The notes: generated by a model from the letters alone, not told the origin. Shown: positions 54,001 through 62,123, counted from the first letter of the stretch. The stretch: 64,000 bases of DNA from Amphiscolops sp. MND2022 (GCA_964187785.1 OZ076409.1:25484001-25548000); one strand, 5' to 3'. Translations and numbers: made by a program.

Positions 54001-57000
54001 CAAGATGACATACGCAGCCAAACCCTTCTGGTGGCCAAAACTCAACAAAGACATTCAGACGAAATGCAACGAGTGCATTCCCTGCAAAATGTCAGGTAAG
54101 AGTATAAAACCACAAATACCAATGACGGAGATAAATTACTTACCTCCGGTAGAAAAACCAAACGAGGAAATCCAATTGGATTTCATCGGACCAATAAGAT
54201 TCAAACACCGGCTATTTTATATACTGATATCTATTGACCGGTATAGCAGATGGCCGGAAGCCTGTATATGTGAAGCCCCTACAGGCAAAACAGCGAAAAT
54301 TTTTCTACAACAGTACATACTACTGAACGGTATCCCACAAGTAATTAGAACAGATAAAGGAACCGCCTTTACCGGAAAAGAGTTTAGACAAATGTGTAAA
54401 AATCTACACCTTAAACTAATATATGGCACACCATATATACACACAGCTACGGGACTAGTAGAAAGGGGAATAAAAACACTGAAAGATTTAATGAGGACTA
54501 ATTTAGAAGACAAATGCAACTTAAATGATGCTTTATACCAGTCCCTGATGGTAATGCGAATGACCATCCACTCAAAAACTAAAGAAACACCGTTCGAAAG
54601 ACATTATGGTCGAAAGCCACGAACGGAACTAACCAGCTACTTAAACTTACCAACGGACAAAAATGATTATGTTTCAGCACAACCGGAGACCCTACAAGTC
54701 TACTCGTTCAACAACGGGCGAGGAGGATATGATCAACTCATCATGAAAACCCCTCGAAAGCTGAAATGCGATGTTAGTAATAACCTCCCATACAAATTCC
54801 TAGAGAAAAAACAAAATAAAAACAAATTTGAAAGTGAATACGATACAAATCCACAAACAGCAGTAGCTGAAACCAAACACACAATAACGACGGACACAAA
54901 TAAAATATTACACAAAAAACGGATAAGTAAACCATTACCAAACTCATTTCAGAACCACCTATCAAGAAGAGGAGAAAACCGTCGAGGCACAGACGGAAGA
55001 TTTGTCCAGACATCCATACAGTCAGACTCAGAAGACGAAGAAGAGGAAGAAGAAGAAACACAAACCGAGACCGATCAAAGGCGAGCAAGTACTCCAACGG
55101 CAGAAACATCAGTAGAGGGGATGGAAACCAGCTTCGATTTCACACCACCGATACAAATCGGAAGAGGAAGAAAAAAGACAATCAAGGAAAAAACCCCGGG
55201 AGAAAACAACCTAAAACTCCACGTGGACAGAATGAGCGAAGAACAACTAGAGCAAGCAATGGAAGCAATAGCCGAGGACCCGACAACAATCACCATCGTC
55301 GACAACAACGGTAACGAAAATCAAAACCAAAACAACCAAAACCAAATAAAAACCGAAATAACGGAGTTACCAGATACAATTGAAACAAACAATACAAACA
55401 TACAAACTAGAAAATCTTCTAGAATAAGAACGAATAATCCGATAATAAGATACGGAAATCCAGTAACATTCTGATATTTACAGGAAACACCGTTAAACAG
55501 CGGAAACACACAATCAGACTGAGGAGGACCGGAAGAGAAAACAGGACGAACGTGAGGAAACCAGTAACATGGTATCGAGGCGAGAAGCACCGTCAAATCT
55601 TAAACAAGAAACTGAACGGACTCATTATCAACAATTGAGTTGATACAACCTTTTTGTTCATACATGTAAGCTAAATTTGTGTTATAAAATACAGTTATCA
55701 ATTATACTAGATAACTTCCTACCAGGGGGGAATGTGACATGAATACAGTTGAAGGTCAATAAAAACGCAATGTTACATAATTCTTACTTACTCTACGACC
55801 TTTTATTTTAATTACATAACATACCTGCTAGTAACTTTAATGTCATCTGTAGTACGATATAGTGGACACTATAACTTAATCTTACGTACAATACAGTATT
55901 ACATTCCCAAACTTCTTTATTCCATTGGTATACAACACGGAAAATGTCGAATAGTGTCGAAAAGGGTCTATGCTCGCAAAACGTTTCGTTTCTAGTAAAA
56001 GTCGAGGGGGCTTCGATGAAAACATATTGGAAAAAAATAGCATAGTGCCGAATAAACCGACGGTTTAAAAAAGCAAAATTTGGATATAGCGTGCTGGTTC
56101 ACTGAAGAAAATTTCACAATGCAGGAAATTGTAAATTGGGGAACTTTTTGGGCTTTTCGAAAATCCAGTTTGATGCAAAATATTTTTAAAAAATGAAGGG
56201 GGACTCTTTGAAGACATTAAAAAATTCTCGAGAAGAAGTCTCACAAAGCCAAAAAGAGGGCGGGGAAAGTCTCATAGTGGCAAAAAATTGGATAGGGGTA
56301 CCCATTTGCTATTGTATGGTTTTGTATTTCATGTTAGAGGCTTTAGATGCGTTCAAAATGAAGTACTAAGTACTTATGGTAATGCACAAAAAGTGGTACG
56401 TACTGGGTGAGCTCTTTGGTCTGACGAAAAAAAAACTAGCCACTGTAATAGTCGGGTACTTATCTCTCAGGAAAAGCTCCGACTAAAGGTAATGTTGGTC
56501 TTCATTTATCTGCAAACTTTTCTGATGACGCAACATGATGATAAAGAAAATGATAAGAGAGAAAACATTTAGGGAGCGTTTGCTAATAACTTTTCCAGAT
56601 TTAGACTTGTATAGGTAGTACCTTTCTTTGACAAGTCCTCCATCCCTAGCTTGGTATCATGAAGATGACAAAAGGATTTGACGTATTCGGCGGAAAAAAG
56701 CAAAAACAAAAAGAGCAACGATGAGCAGAGAGATCTTGTGACCTTGAGTAAGTCGCATTGAAAGCACAGCTTCAAGTCAACCATTACTTGAACATTTGGC
56801 TGCAAATATGGTACCATAGCTTGCTATGGGGATTTGGTATCCGAAAAAGGACAACGACTTGGAAAGGCAAATAAGCGTATTCGGCGCTCATCTCATGTAA
56901 CTGGTGAAAACCTTCTGGAAAAAACATCAAAAGGTTTCATCTTAACTGACCCTAGAAGAACATTTCTTGTGCCTGTTGCGTTCGCGTTTGTAGGAGTTGT

Positions 57001-58063
57001 CCACAGACACTTTGAACTGGGAGCCCGAGAGATCCTCCAGCAACACGTACGCACAGTTTCCCTCGAAGTTGAAGTGGGTGCCATCGAAGGTGCGGTAGTG
57101 GAAGTTGGTGAAAGAGACACACGTCGCAAAAGTCCTGCTCGGGTTCAATGCCACAAATTCTGAGCCTGAGGTTGAACAAGGGACGCATTGATTGTAACTC
57201 AATCTTCAATTTAATAAGTTTTAGTCTAATACTCATAGCTAGCTCATTTGTGCCATTAGCAGGTCAAAAGTTCAACATGTAAGATAGGGACTGAGAGAGG
57301 AGGATTGTTGTGGAACGAATACCCGTAACTCAAGTTCAAGGGCTTCAATTCAAAGGAGATGGTTGTGGTTTGAGGTATTTCGAAGAACCGACATGTTGAA
57401 GTCAATCAAAAATGGGATTAACTAAAATGAGTTTCTGGATTTTTAGGTGAGTAAATGCTTAAAAAATGCTCCCAAAGATAGGTTTAATGGTTGCTAATAA
57501 TTTGACTGACAGTGTTACATAAATTTCAAAACTTCTAATTTCGTTCAAGATCAAAGATTCTTATTATCCTTGTTTTAAAAACCAACAATTATTTAGGCTG
57601 TTAAAACGATGATGTGTTTTCGTTTCTTTTTTAGTGGTATAGATTTTTTCCTCACCAATCAAACTCTGGATGTATTCCAGAAACTTGTCATTGGTGCCGT
57701 ATTCCAGAGATGTGTTTTCTTGATCAAGTCATTCGGATTGAATTAAAAATTAAAAAATTAAAAAAGTCAATTATTTTATACTTTGTTGAACCACTTCATG
57801 AAGATCATGCATTAATTATATTCTGCTTCACTTTTTTTGAAAAAATCATGCTGCAAAAGTGTAGTTGACTCTTTTTCCTCATGATTGCATTTTCGAGCAA
57901 CTAATGTCGTAATATTTTTTCCAAGATCATTTAAAAACTTAAACTTAATTTAATTTAAAATTTCATCAGAAAATAACGAAACTTACAAGATCATCTGAGC
58001 CCCTCTGACGAGAAACGCCAGAGAAAGCAGCAGAAAACGCCCAACAGAAATGCCCAAAGGCAT
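1..58063 (-). CDS. SSPO: SCO-spondin-like multidomain secreted protein (VWD-C8-TIL-E x3, TIL'-E', 4x LDLa, Ser/Thr/Pro-rich region); multi-exon gene, 3' end outside window
   Basis: 27 exons from 57165 to position 1 have GT(GC)-AG boundaries and mutually compatible phases, and no stops. Motifs: TFDG and GLCG/GMCG (VWD), GGDCECLC (D3 C8), TIL CGPxC, LDLa CDGxxDC..DE. The D1-D2-D'-D3-LDLa order matches SCO-spondin. Orthology is inferred from architecture only. Confidence 0.75.
124..186 (-). CDS. Pro/Thr/Ser-rich microexon
   Basis: [21 protein letters not shown]; ttcag and gtaagt; phase 2-2. Confidence 0.7.
1967..2015 (-). CDS. Ser/Thr-rich microexon
   Basis: [15 protein letters not shown]; ttttag and gtaaga; phase 1-2 fits. 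Confidence 0.7.
2587..2827 (-). CDS. SCO-spondin-like exon, LDLa-3 end and LDLa-4
   Basis: [31 protein letters not shown]. Confidence 0.92.
4723..5150 (-). mobile_element. Helentron-associated non-autonomous element (HINE/DINE-1-like)
   Basis: TTTTAGTCGGCGC 5' end with hairpin; GCCG-TTCC-CGGC stem-loop plus TTGTT 3' end. Confidence 0.7.
5697..5917 (-). CDS. SCO-spondin-like exon, LDLa-2 and start of LDLa-3
   Basis: ICDGECDC...[14 protein letters not shown]. Confidence 0.9.
6583..6767 (-). CDS. SCO-spondin-like exon, E-3 end and LDLa-1
   Basis: [23 protein letters not shown]. Confidence 0.9.
7068..8470 (-). mobile_element. HINE-like element with nested TIR element
   Basis: Same termini (AGACG-TTCC-CGTCT variant); interrupted at 7597-8423. 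Confidence 0.7.
7597..8423. mobile_element. MITE with CCCATG(T/C)TGAGC TIRs
   Basis: About 30-bp imperfect TIRs; related right end at about 63770-63967. Confidence 0.75.
8577..9322. repeat. Local tandem duplication (offset about 512 bp), second copy internally deleted
   Basis: 8577-8755 recurs at 9089-9280; 9049-9091 recurs at 9280-9322. Confidence 0.85.
10070..10196 (-). CDS. SCO-spondin-like exon, TIL-3/E-3
   Basis: [11 protein letters not shown]...DCTRC; ttcag and gtaaga. Confidence 0.88.
10946..11170 (-). CDS. SCO-spondin-like exon, TIL-3
   Basis: [12 protein letters not shown]...CYEGCFC. Confidence 0.9.
11668..11794 (-). CDS. SCO-spondin-like exon, C8-3 C-terminal part
   Basis: [23 protein letters not shown]...WRDRYFC. 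Confidence 0.9.
13145..13270 (-). CDS. SCO-spondin-like exon, C8-3 N-terminal part (GC donor)
   Basis: [11 protein letters not shown]...[18 protein letters not shown]; donor AAG|GCACGC. Confidence 0.85.
13844..14037 (-). CDS. SCO-spondin-like exon, VWD3 C-terminal part
   Basis: [16 protein letters not shown]...FGNSW. Confidence 0.9.
14175..14317 (-). CDS. SCO-spondin-like exon, VWD3 middle
   Basis: VDGSAV...IIAWDG; ttcag and gtgagt. Confidence 0.87.
15273..15523 (-). CDS. SCO-spondin-like exon, VWD3 N-terminal part
   Basis: [29 protein letters not shown]...[10 protein letters not shown]. Confidence 0.92.
15960..16508 (-). mobile_element. Partial HINE-like element
   Basis: Shared body (GGGGACCC, AAAAAGTGGACC) and CACTGTAA...GCTCCGAC end. 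Confidence 0.6.
16520..18032 (+). pseudogene. Fossil hAT-superfamily transposase / transposon remnant
   Basis: Fragmented motifs in the right order: [39 protein letters not shown]; many stops and frameshifts. Confidence 0.82.
19000..21100. repeat. Decaying ~185-bp tandem array
   Basis: AATTGAC anchors at 19084, 19271, 19456, 19640; similar sequence at about 37240-38300. Confidence 0.7.
21489..21676 (-). CDS. SCO-spondin-like exon, TIL'/E'
   Basis: ACVCPTGMV...[13 protein letters not shown]. Confidence 0.9.
22102..22222. repeat. Near-perfect inverted repeat (about 50-bp stem)
   Basis: TTTCAAGATTTGGGCATTTTTTCGTTTAATGTGACTGA versus TCAGTCACATTAAACGAAAAAATGGCCAAATCTTGAAA. Confidence 0.88.
22307..22449 (-). 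CDS. SCO-spondin-like exon, E-2/TIL'
   Basis: TCTNGLFEC...CPGNLVF...CIDTC. Confidence 0.88.
23210..23490. repeat. ~30-bp minisatellite
   Basis: CTAAAATCACT.TATTTTGGTAGAATA units. Confidence 0.8.
23292..24961. repeat. 824-bp tandem duplication (2 units plus 23 bp)
   Basis: Units start 23292, 24116, 24939; only a few differences. Confidence 0.95.
25540..25798 (-). CDS. SCO-spondin-like exon, TIL-2/E-2
   Basis: SCPNDEMSY...GCSCPGD...CDCYH...GCMRC; gtag and gtgag. Confidence 0.9.
26198..26892. mobile_element. MITE with CAGTG TIRs and TA flanks (Tc1/mariner-like)
   Basis: CAGTGCCAAAAGTGGG / CCCACGTTTTGCACTG; internal GGATTCCAC motifs. Confidence 0.7.
26950..27027 (-). repeat. Degenerate tRNA-derived (SINE-head-like) sequence
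   Basis: A-box TGGCCTGGTGG and B-box-like AGTTCGGATC; no convincing cloverleaf. Confidence 0.45.
27878..28647 (+). repeat. 5' LTR (770 bp)
   Basis: Near-identical to 36097-36866. Confidence 0.93.
28664..28680 (+). other. Primer-binding site (tRNA-Arg-like)
   Basis: TGGCGACCACAGAGGGA resembles the complement of tRNA-Arg(TCG) 3' ends. Confidence 0.65.
29765..30317. repeat. 181-bp tandem repeat, about 3 units
   Basis: T(T/G)GAAAAAC unit starts at 29765, 29946, 30127, 30308. Confidence 0.92.
30780..32900. repeat. Diverged ~724-bp tandem triplication
   Basis: ACGTGAAAAAC anchors at about 31038, 31760, 32486; AGCC(T/A)CTTGAGT anchors at about 31203, 31925, 32651. Confidence 0.8.
33630..34922 (+). 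CDS. Unknown 430-aa element-encoded protein: coiled coil, S/T-rich linker, three RRGRPP (AT-hook-like) motifs, hydrophobic C-terminus
   Basis: Uninterrupted 1.3-kb ORF (open from 33540, first ATG 33630) inside the LTR element. Confidence 0.7.
   Translation: MKRWKVFHRLRSFFKGKEGVNAAQPINVHDVQTQNESPMVDEHDRSTKLEDLKLEDWPLEDRFKLFSDFLDSMPSKTQDTEPEISIKTSSPSSVSSSKGFPLHETSIQTYQKQDQQLDALEQQMDELSILLAQNEIRRKKLLARVLAQMQSINADVQIHLRSATINISNDAEAEPMTQPTKDMGLEPISLDTTTMSIADTLPEYHAGDNGLLESNLYSSDTKNERISVSPSLSLSQDSVSNSHFLGTNSLLLTSQLLPSLLTNSIEPTSAERGLQDYIQVDQPIFIKWLHSGSTKPRPTGHRRGRPPRTSGELSWYEVLLSFHHRRRRGRPPRSVFLLPWSHRPKGHRRGRPPNNYHSLETDPAPVFFIGSPDISCFLYGLLLSNNNAYPQPELHSISFQGGRRCHQSSTYHSAIFVSGIQVCLFLAILI
36097..36866 (+). 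repeat. 3' LTR (770 bp)
   Basis: Near-identical to 27878-28647. Confidence 0.93.
38520..38876 (-). mobile_element. HINE-like element, complete short copy
   Basis: AACAAGCCGGGAACGGCCCAAGTCGACGC ... GAAAAGCGCCGACTAAAA. Confidence 0.75.
39816..40084 (-). CDS. SCO-spondin-like exon, C8-2
   Basis: [24 protein letters not shown]...[11 protein letters not shown]. Confidence 0.92.
40647..40837 (-). CDS. SCO-spondin-like exon, VWD2 C-terminal part
   Basis: [16 protein letters not shown]...FASDWAV; phase 0-2. Confidence 0.87.
41258..41384 (-). CDS. SCO-spondin-like exon, VWD2 (absent from ORF track)
   Basis: [42 protein letters not shown]; tttcag and gtgggc; phase 2-0 bridges its neighbours. Confidence 0.82.
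41559..41758 (-). CDS. SCO-spondin-like exon, VWD2
   Basis: [18 protein letters not shown]...VSVNG; phase 0-2. Confidence 0.85.
41797..42604. mobile_element. Non-autonomous TIR element (CMC/CACTA-like) with 32-bp subterminal repeats
   Basis: CCCGGATCCAAATTCATAAG TIRs, CA on both flanks, CCATGCATGGAATC arrays; decayed relative at about 14969-15190. Confidence 0.75.
43146..43284 (-). CDS. SCO-spondin-like exon, E-1/VWD2 start
   Basis: [10 protein letters not shown]...[22 protein letters not shown]. Confidence 0.92.
43861..44101 (-). CDS. SCO-spondin-like exon, TIL-1/E-1
   Basis: [18 protein letters not shown]...GCFCPEG...DCNTC. Confidence 0.92.
44609..44780 (-). CDS. SCO-spondin-like exon, C8-1 C-terminal part
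   Basis: NCIYQYC...[12 protein letters not shown]...WRNQHFC; gcag and gtgagt. Confidence 0.9.
45341..45466 (-). CDS. SCO-spondin-like exon, C8-1 N-terminal part
   Basis: [13 protein letters not shown]...CPFDECANS; ttcag and gtaagt. Confidence 0.88.
47200..47970 (-). mobile_element. Partial HINE-like element
   Basis: Shared body and terminal hairpin ending GGCACCGACTA. Confidence 0.6.
48188..48364 (-). CDS. SCO-spondin-like exon, VWD1 C-terminal part
   Basis: [17 protein letters not shown]...FGNSW; phase 0-0. Confidence 0.9.
49080..49295 (-). CDS. SCO-spondin-like exon, VWD1 middle
   Basis: RIIINMYDG...GLQIKWSP; 216 bp, phase 0-0; tccag and gttggt. Confidence 0.85.
49967..50170 (+). repeat. 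5' LTR of Ty3/Gypsy element
   Basis: TGTGACATG...TACAACA, repeated at 55733. Confidence 0.95.
50171..50181 (+). other. Primer-binding site (tRNA-Ser-like)
   Basis: TGGCGCAGTC immediately after the LTR; tRNA identity from recall of Ser PBSs. Confidence 0.7.
50184..51577 (+). pseudogene. gag: gag-protease, frameshifted near 50400
   Basis: Zinc knuckles CGQC...HIC and [14 protein letters not shown]; protease LIDSGS. Confidence 0.9.
51545..55474 (+). pseudogene. pol: pol (RT, RNase H, integrase) with frameshifts and an internal stop
   Basis: RT WLDDII; RH TTDAS/ELELLA/TDHQAL; IN HKGH..CIPC, QLDF, RTDKG, VERG; TGA at 52864; shifts near 52695 and 53890. Confidence 0.92.
55733..55937 (+). repeat. 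3' LTR of Ty3/Gypsy element
   Basis: Direct repeat preceded by polypurine tract 55724-55732. Confidence 0.95.
56951..57165 (-). CDS. SCO-spondin-like exon, VWD1 N-terminal part
   Basis: [29 protein letters not shown]; ctcag acceptor, gtcagt donor. Confidence 0.85.
57987..58063 (-). CDS. Candidate first coding exon (signal peptide [21 protein letters not shown]...) of the SCO-spondin-like gene
   Basis: ATG at 58063, hydrophobic core, strong GTAAGT donor. It ends in phase 2, which does not fit the next intact exon (phase 1). Confidence 0.5.
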
Positions 58064-58944
58064 TTTCTCTCGATTGAAGTTTTTGAAGCGATTCACAATT
58101 TTGATCAACGATAATTCAATTTTATATCAAAATTTAGATAAGTAACTGATTCGATGAAGTCGAAACTTCAAATGAAAAACGGAACGAGAATTTTGATACA
58201 AATAAGTTTTGGGACAATTAACCAGCTGGAACACAACCGGGTCCTTCACGCGTGCCAACAGATCCGAGGCAACAAGTGGTTAGAAAAATCTGATGGTAAG
58301 ATTGAAAAAAGATCACACACTGGCTCGCTGTATGTTTATTGTTTCATATATCAAAACATTAGGCTTCTGACTAGACTGAACGTGGGGAGTTTTTCATTTC
58401 TCATTTCTTTCAGAGACGGCACAAATGTTGTGCATTAACTCTTCGAGCTGTCAAAAAAAGTTGAAACAACGGATTGTCACGAATAACCTCAGGGCAAAGA
58501 ACATTTTGTAGGAAAATAAGAATCTGAAGAAAAACATTTAGAAAGTAGCAATATTTGTTTTTTTTTGAATTTTTTATGTTTCTTCGTTCAATCATCACTT
58601 TCTTTGAGAGAATAAAATCTGTGTTAGGATTTTAACTAGGATCCTAGTTTTTTTTATTACTTTTCTCAAACACTTTGATATCTGAATATCTCAAGCCCTT
58701 TCCTAGTTTTTCCTCTGTATTTTGTTTCCCAGAAATTTTTTTATGCGGATATGGAGAATAAATCAGTTTAACTTTGGGACTTCTGTTCACATTTTTGTTG
58801 ATTGGAGCTTTCTTCCTTCGGGCGCAGCACGTACTTTCAGTCTTCAGTTAAAATAATCAGCCTTGCTTGTTTTCTTGAACACAAAAGGAAACAGGGATTG
58901 TATTTTTGGCATGTTTTGAGGGAATAAATTTTGAATCTCTCTCA

Positions 58945-59979
58945 GGGTGTCAGGTCAAAATACCGCAAGTTGAAATACCAGAGGTCGGAAGACCATAGGT
59001 CATAAAACCACAGAGTCAAATTACCAGATGGTCAAATTACCAGACGGTCAAATTACCAGACGGTCAAATTACCTGACGGTCAAAATACCAGTGGATTAGG
59101 AACCCAAGTAATGTGCCACGTGAAGTATGGTTATTATTCCTTTCTAATACCGTAAATAAAAGACTCATTTAGAGCTAGATTACACATTTCTAATTATTTA
59201 ATTAGTGCAACTACAGTACTGTGATTAAGAAATCGTCCCCTATGACGTTCTCAGCCAATCAAAATTGTTTATTTGGTCTCACTTTCAATTCTGATTGGCG
59301 CATCAAGTTAAACTCACGTAAATTTGGGGAAATTTTACCTTTTGAGCCTGATAATTCGGAAACGGTTGATCTATCTCGAAATCAAAATACACCAATTTAT
59401 TCAGTAGATTTGAAGGAGTTATTTGAGCATAAAACTTGTTAAAAAAACTGTGGAGAAAACGGTCAAAAAGTATTAAAACGGAAAACGGTTCCGAATTTGC
59501 TCAAAATCTGCCATTTGTAACTTTCTTAATTTTTGTCCCAGAAAAATTAAAAAAAAACACTAAAATGAACTAGATAAAATTCTAAGAAACTTTTATGTCT
59601 GATGTTTTTAAAATTCTCAACCGATTTCGAGAAAATCGAGCCTAAAATCGCCCGGGGGACGTTTTCTGAATGACAGTACTGTATTGTCTCGATTGGGATT
59701 CGATAAACACAAACCAGTAAATGGCCCCTTTCTTCACATAACATTAACTAATCATTGCAACACTATCGATTCTGAAAGCACTGAAATCATTTTAGTGCTA
59801 AAATCAATTCGACTCTGGATAACATCACGTCATCGTTCAATTCTAACTGGTATTTTGACCGTCTGGTAATTTGATCGTCTGGTAATTTGACCGTCTGGTA
59901 ATTTGACTCTGTGGTTTTATGACCTCTGGTCTTCCGACCTCTGGTGTTTTGTCCTCTGGTACTCAGACCTGTAACACAC
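58945..59979. mobile_element. Foldback-like element with long TIRs built of 15-bp repeats
   Basis: GGTCAAATTACCAGA arrays at 58951-59090 inverted at 59848-59977. Confidence 0.8.
59214..59681. mobile_element. Tc1/mariner-type MITE nested in the foldback element
   Basis: CAGTACTGT..AGAAA.CGTCCCC TIRs, TA target duplication. Confidence 0.8.
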
Positions 59980-60929
59980 TCTCCGCTCACCATTTCTGTA
60001 TCTTAAATACCTTCTACATCCCTAGTTTAGTGATGGAGGCATGATATCAACTAATGCATTTAGCGGTGCAGTGTATTTAACAGAGCAATCGAATTCGACC
60101 TGCAGATACTTTTTTGGATTTCATTTTGTCCCATACAAAACCTGTAAGTTTTGATAAACCACTTTTGTGGAAAATATCCATGTTTGCGATGATTCTCGAT
60201 GAAGATAGAGAATCATTAGGTCCGAGATAATTAGTTTTAACATCGTTGGGACAGAGAAAAAAAACATTCAGGGAAAGTAAAAGTGCCCCGTTGTTTAAAA
60301 AACTGGAAATTCTGGATTACCCTTCGTGTTTTCGACACCACAATAAAAAACTAATCGAAAATAATCAGTTGAGAACAGCTTCGATTTGGCCCAAAAACGT
60401 GGGGGGAGGCGAGATGCGAACCCCGTTCTCAGCTCTGGAAGTCAACGCGATAAGAACAAGGCTAACTGCCATGTTATTTTGATCTCGCTTATCAACTGCC
60501 TTATCTGTTTTGCCTCAATAGTGTCTGGTTTGAATAAAAACTTACTGTAATGGTGTAGCAATTATTTTAGTTGTAACTTTTTGAAGCTCGAGCGATGGCA
60601 GCAGACTGAAGGATCTTATCTTTGGAGTTATTTGGAACCGACTTTTTTGACAAAATTTGGCTCCAAGTTTAGAATTGACCCAAGAATTTACATGAAATAA
60701 TCTATTCGATTTTTAAACTAACATAAAGATCTTCTGTGCGATTGTTTTCCAATGTGTTTCCAATTCACTTTTTCATGATTAGCAAGGTTCGTGCTTTATA
60801 CCTTAACCATTACCATACTGCGTTTCTTGGCGCTGTTAGACTTTTTGATTTTTTTTCCAGAAAATCAAAACAAAAACTTTTTTCACCAAAGCGTGTTCGT
60901 TTCTGTTGTCGAAATATCGCCCAGTGTTT

Positions 60930-61820
60930 CAGAGATCCATTCTACTTCTTTGGAGTCGCACCAGATCTTGCCTCGAGGAAAGCTCTCCGACCGGTCCCCG
61001 ACCGCAACAGGCAGCTTGCTTTTACTCTCTCAGGACCACCGCTCAAACAGCCTTTAGAAACGTGCCAAGAAGAAACAGTGTAAAGTTCCCATTTTTTAGG
61101 GTGACCAGTAGTCTAACGTCTAAAGTTACAACAAGTAGTCATTCCTCACCATAACATGAACAACAATGCTCATATATTAACAGTCATTTGACAAAATCCA
61201 CATTAAGTTCGTAAAATTAATTTACGCAAAAAGACTCATTATTTTAGTACACGCTTCATGAAGTGAAAGGCGAGTATACTAGTTGCTTTTTTTCAATCCA
61301 CACGAACTAATCAAGATAGTTCTTTAAAATTCTACGAAAGTTTATGGTATCAAATTGAACCATTTGGCCTAGCGAACTGAACTAAAAGGTTTCTTCTTTT
61401 TTTTTTCGCGTAACATACAATACCCAGCGAGACTAAAGGGTCCCCTTCAATTTTCTTGATGTTTTGCGACAGAAATGTTGAAAAATCCCAAAGTGTCCTG
61501 CCGTTCCCGGCTTGTTACGAGGATGTAATCACTACATCTACATTAAGTAGCATTATGCTAAAATCATATAAGCAGCCTCTAATCAGTGATTCTAGCAACT
61601 GCTAAAAGAGTCTTCTTAGAACCCTTCTGACTCTCTGCGTCTGCTCTGTGTTCTATCTTCGTCATAGATCCAAAATGACGGAAACAGCTAAATGAGCAAT
61701 CACATGCCCAATAGCTGGTGGTTTGAAAAATTGGTTTGAATTTTTCACAAATTTCTGAATTTCTTCTCCACCGTCATCATGCATCGGGGCTAACGCAATG
61801 CAACAGAGGGTGCCGTTCCA
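60930..61820 (-). mobile_element. Diverged solo-LTR-like relative of the 770-bp LTR, split by a HINE insertion
   Basis: Colinear shared blocks: GGCACCCTCTG, TTCAGAAATTT, GCATGTGATTGCTC, AATGAGTCTTTT, AATGTGGAT, GTCACCCT, ACGTTT.TAAAGGCTGT. Confidence 0.75.
61242..61516 (+). mobile_element. HINE-like element, opposite orientation
   Basis: Reverse complement of the 4723-5150 type; ends GCCGTTCCCGGCTTGTT. Confidence 0.72.
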
Positions 61821-62123
61821 ACTGAGCCATTTTACTTTTACCAAGAAGATTAGACAGAATTAGATTCTGACTTAGATTCTGTTCTTGCAGCCGAGTTTTT
61901 GAAGAGAATCGTAGCTCTAGTTCTAACTCAAAACGTGTGCTAACAACCGATTATCTAAAATACCATACAAAAAACTCCATTTTGATAATTTCGAAAGTAG
62001 TCGATGGTCCCGACAACGATGGACAGCTAAATTTTCTATTCACAGACCCACGTCTTTGCCTCAGCTTCGGATAAAGATAGATGAAAAGGACACCGTTTTC
62101 CCTTCGTTCTCTTTTTATTATAC

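Larger units (their letters stand above)
49967..55937 (+). mobile_element. Full-length Ty3/Gypsy LTR retrotransposon (Mag-like), defective
   Basis: TG...CA LTRs of 204 and 205 bp differing at about 2 positions; 5-bp TSD CGGAA; PBS TGGCGCAGTC; PPT AGGGGGGAA; domain order gag-PR-RT-RH-IN. Confidence 0.97.
49751..56487 (-). mobile_element. HINE-like element that hosts the Ty3/Gypsy insertion
   Basis: AACAAG..CCCAAGTCGGCGC at 49751 and GAAAAGCTCCGACTAAA at 56487 flank the retrotransposon. Confidence 0.7.

Noticed and set aside
52067..55308. Several antisense ORFs (up to 155 aa)
   Set aside because: Shadows of the A-rich pol frame; no independent motifs.
60736..61154. Three overlapping plus-strand ORFs
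   Set aside because: The region is explained by the diverged LTR and repeat fragments; no protein motifs.
61951..62123. Neuropeptide-like precursor with KR/RR sites
   Set aside because: The dibasic sites arise from a purine-rich tract after a plausible splice donor; no repeated peptide motif.
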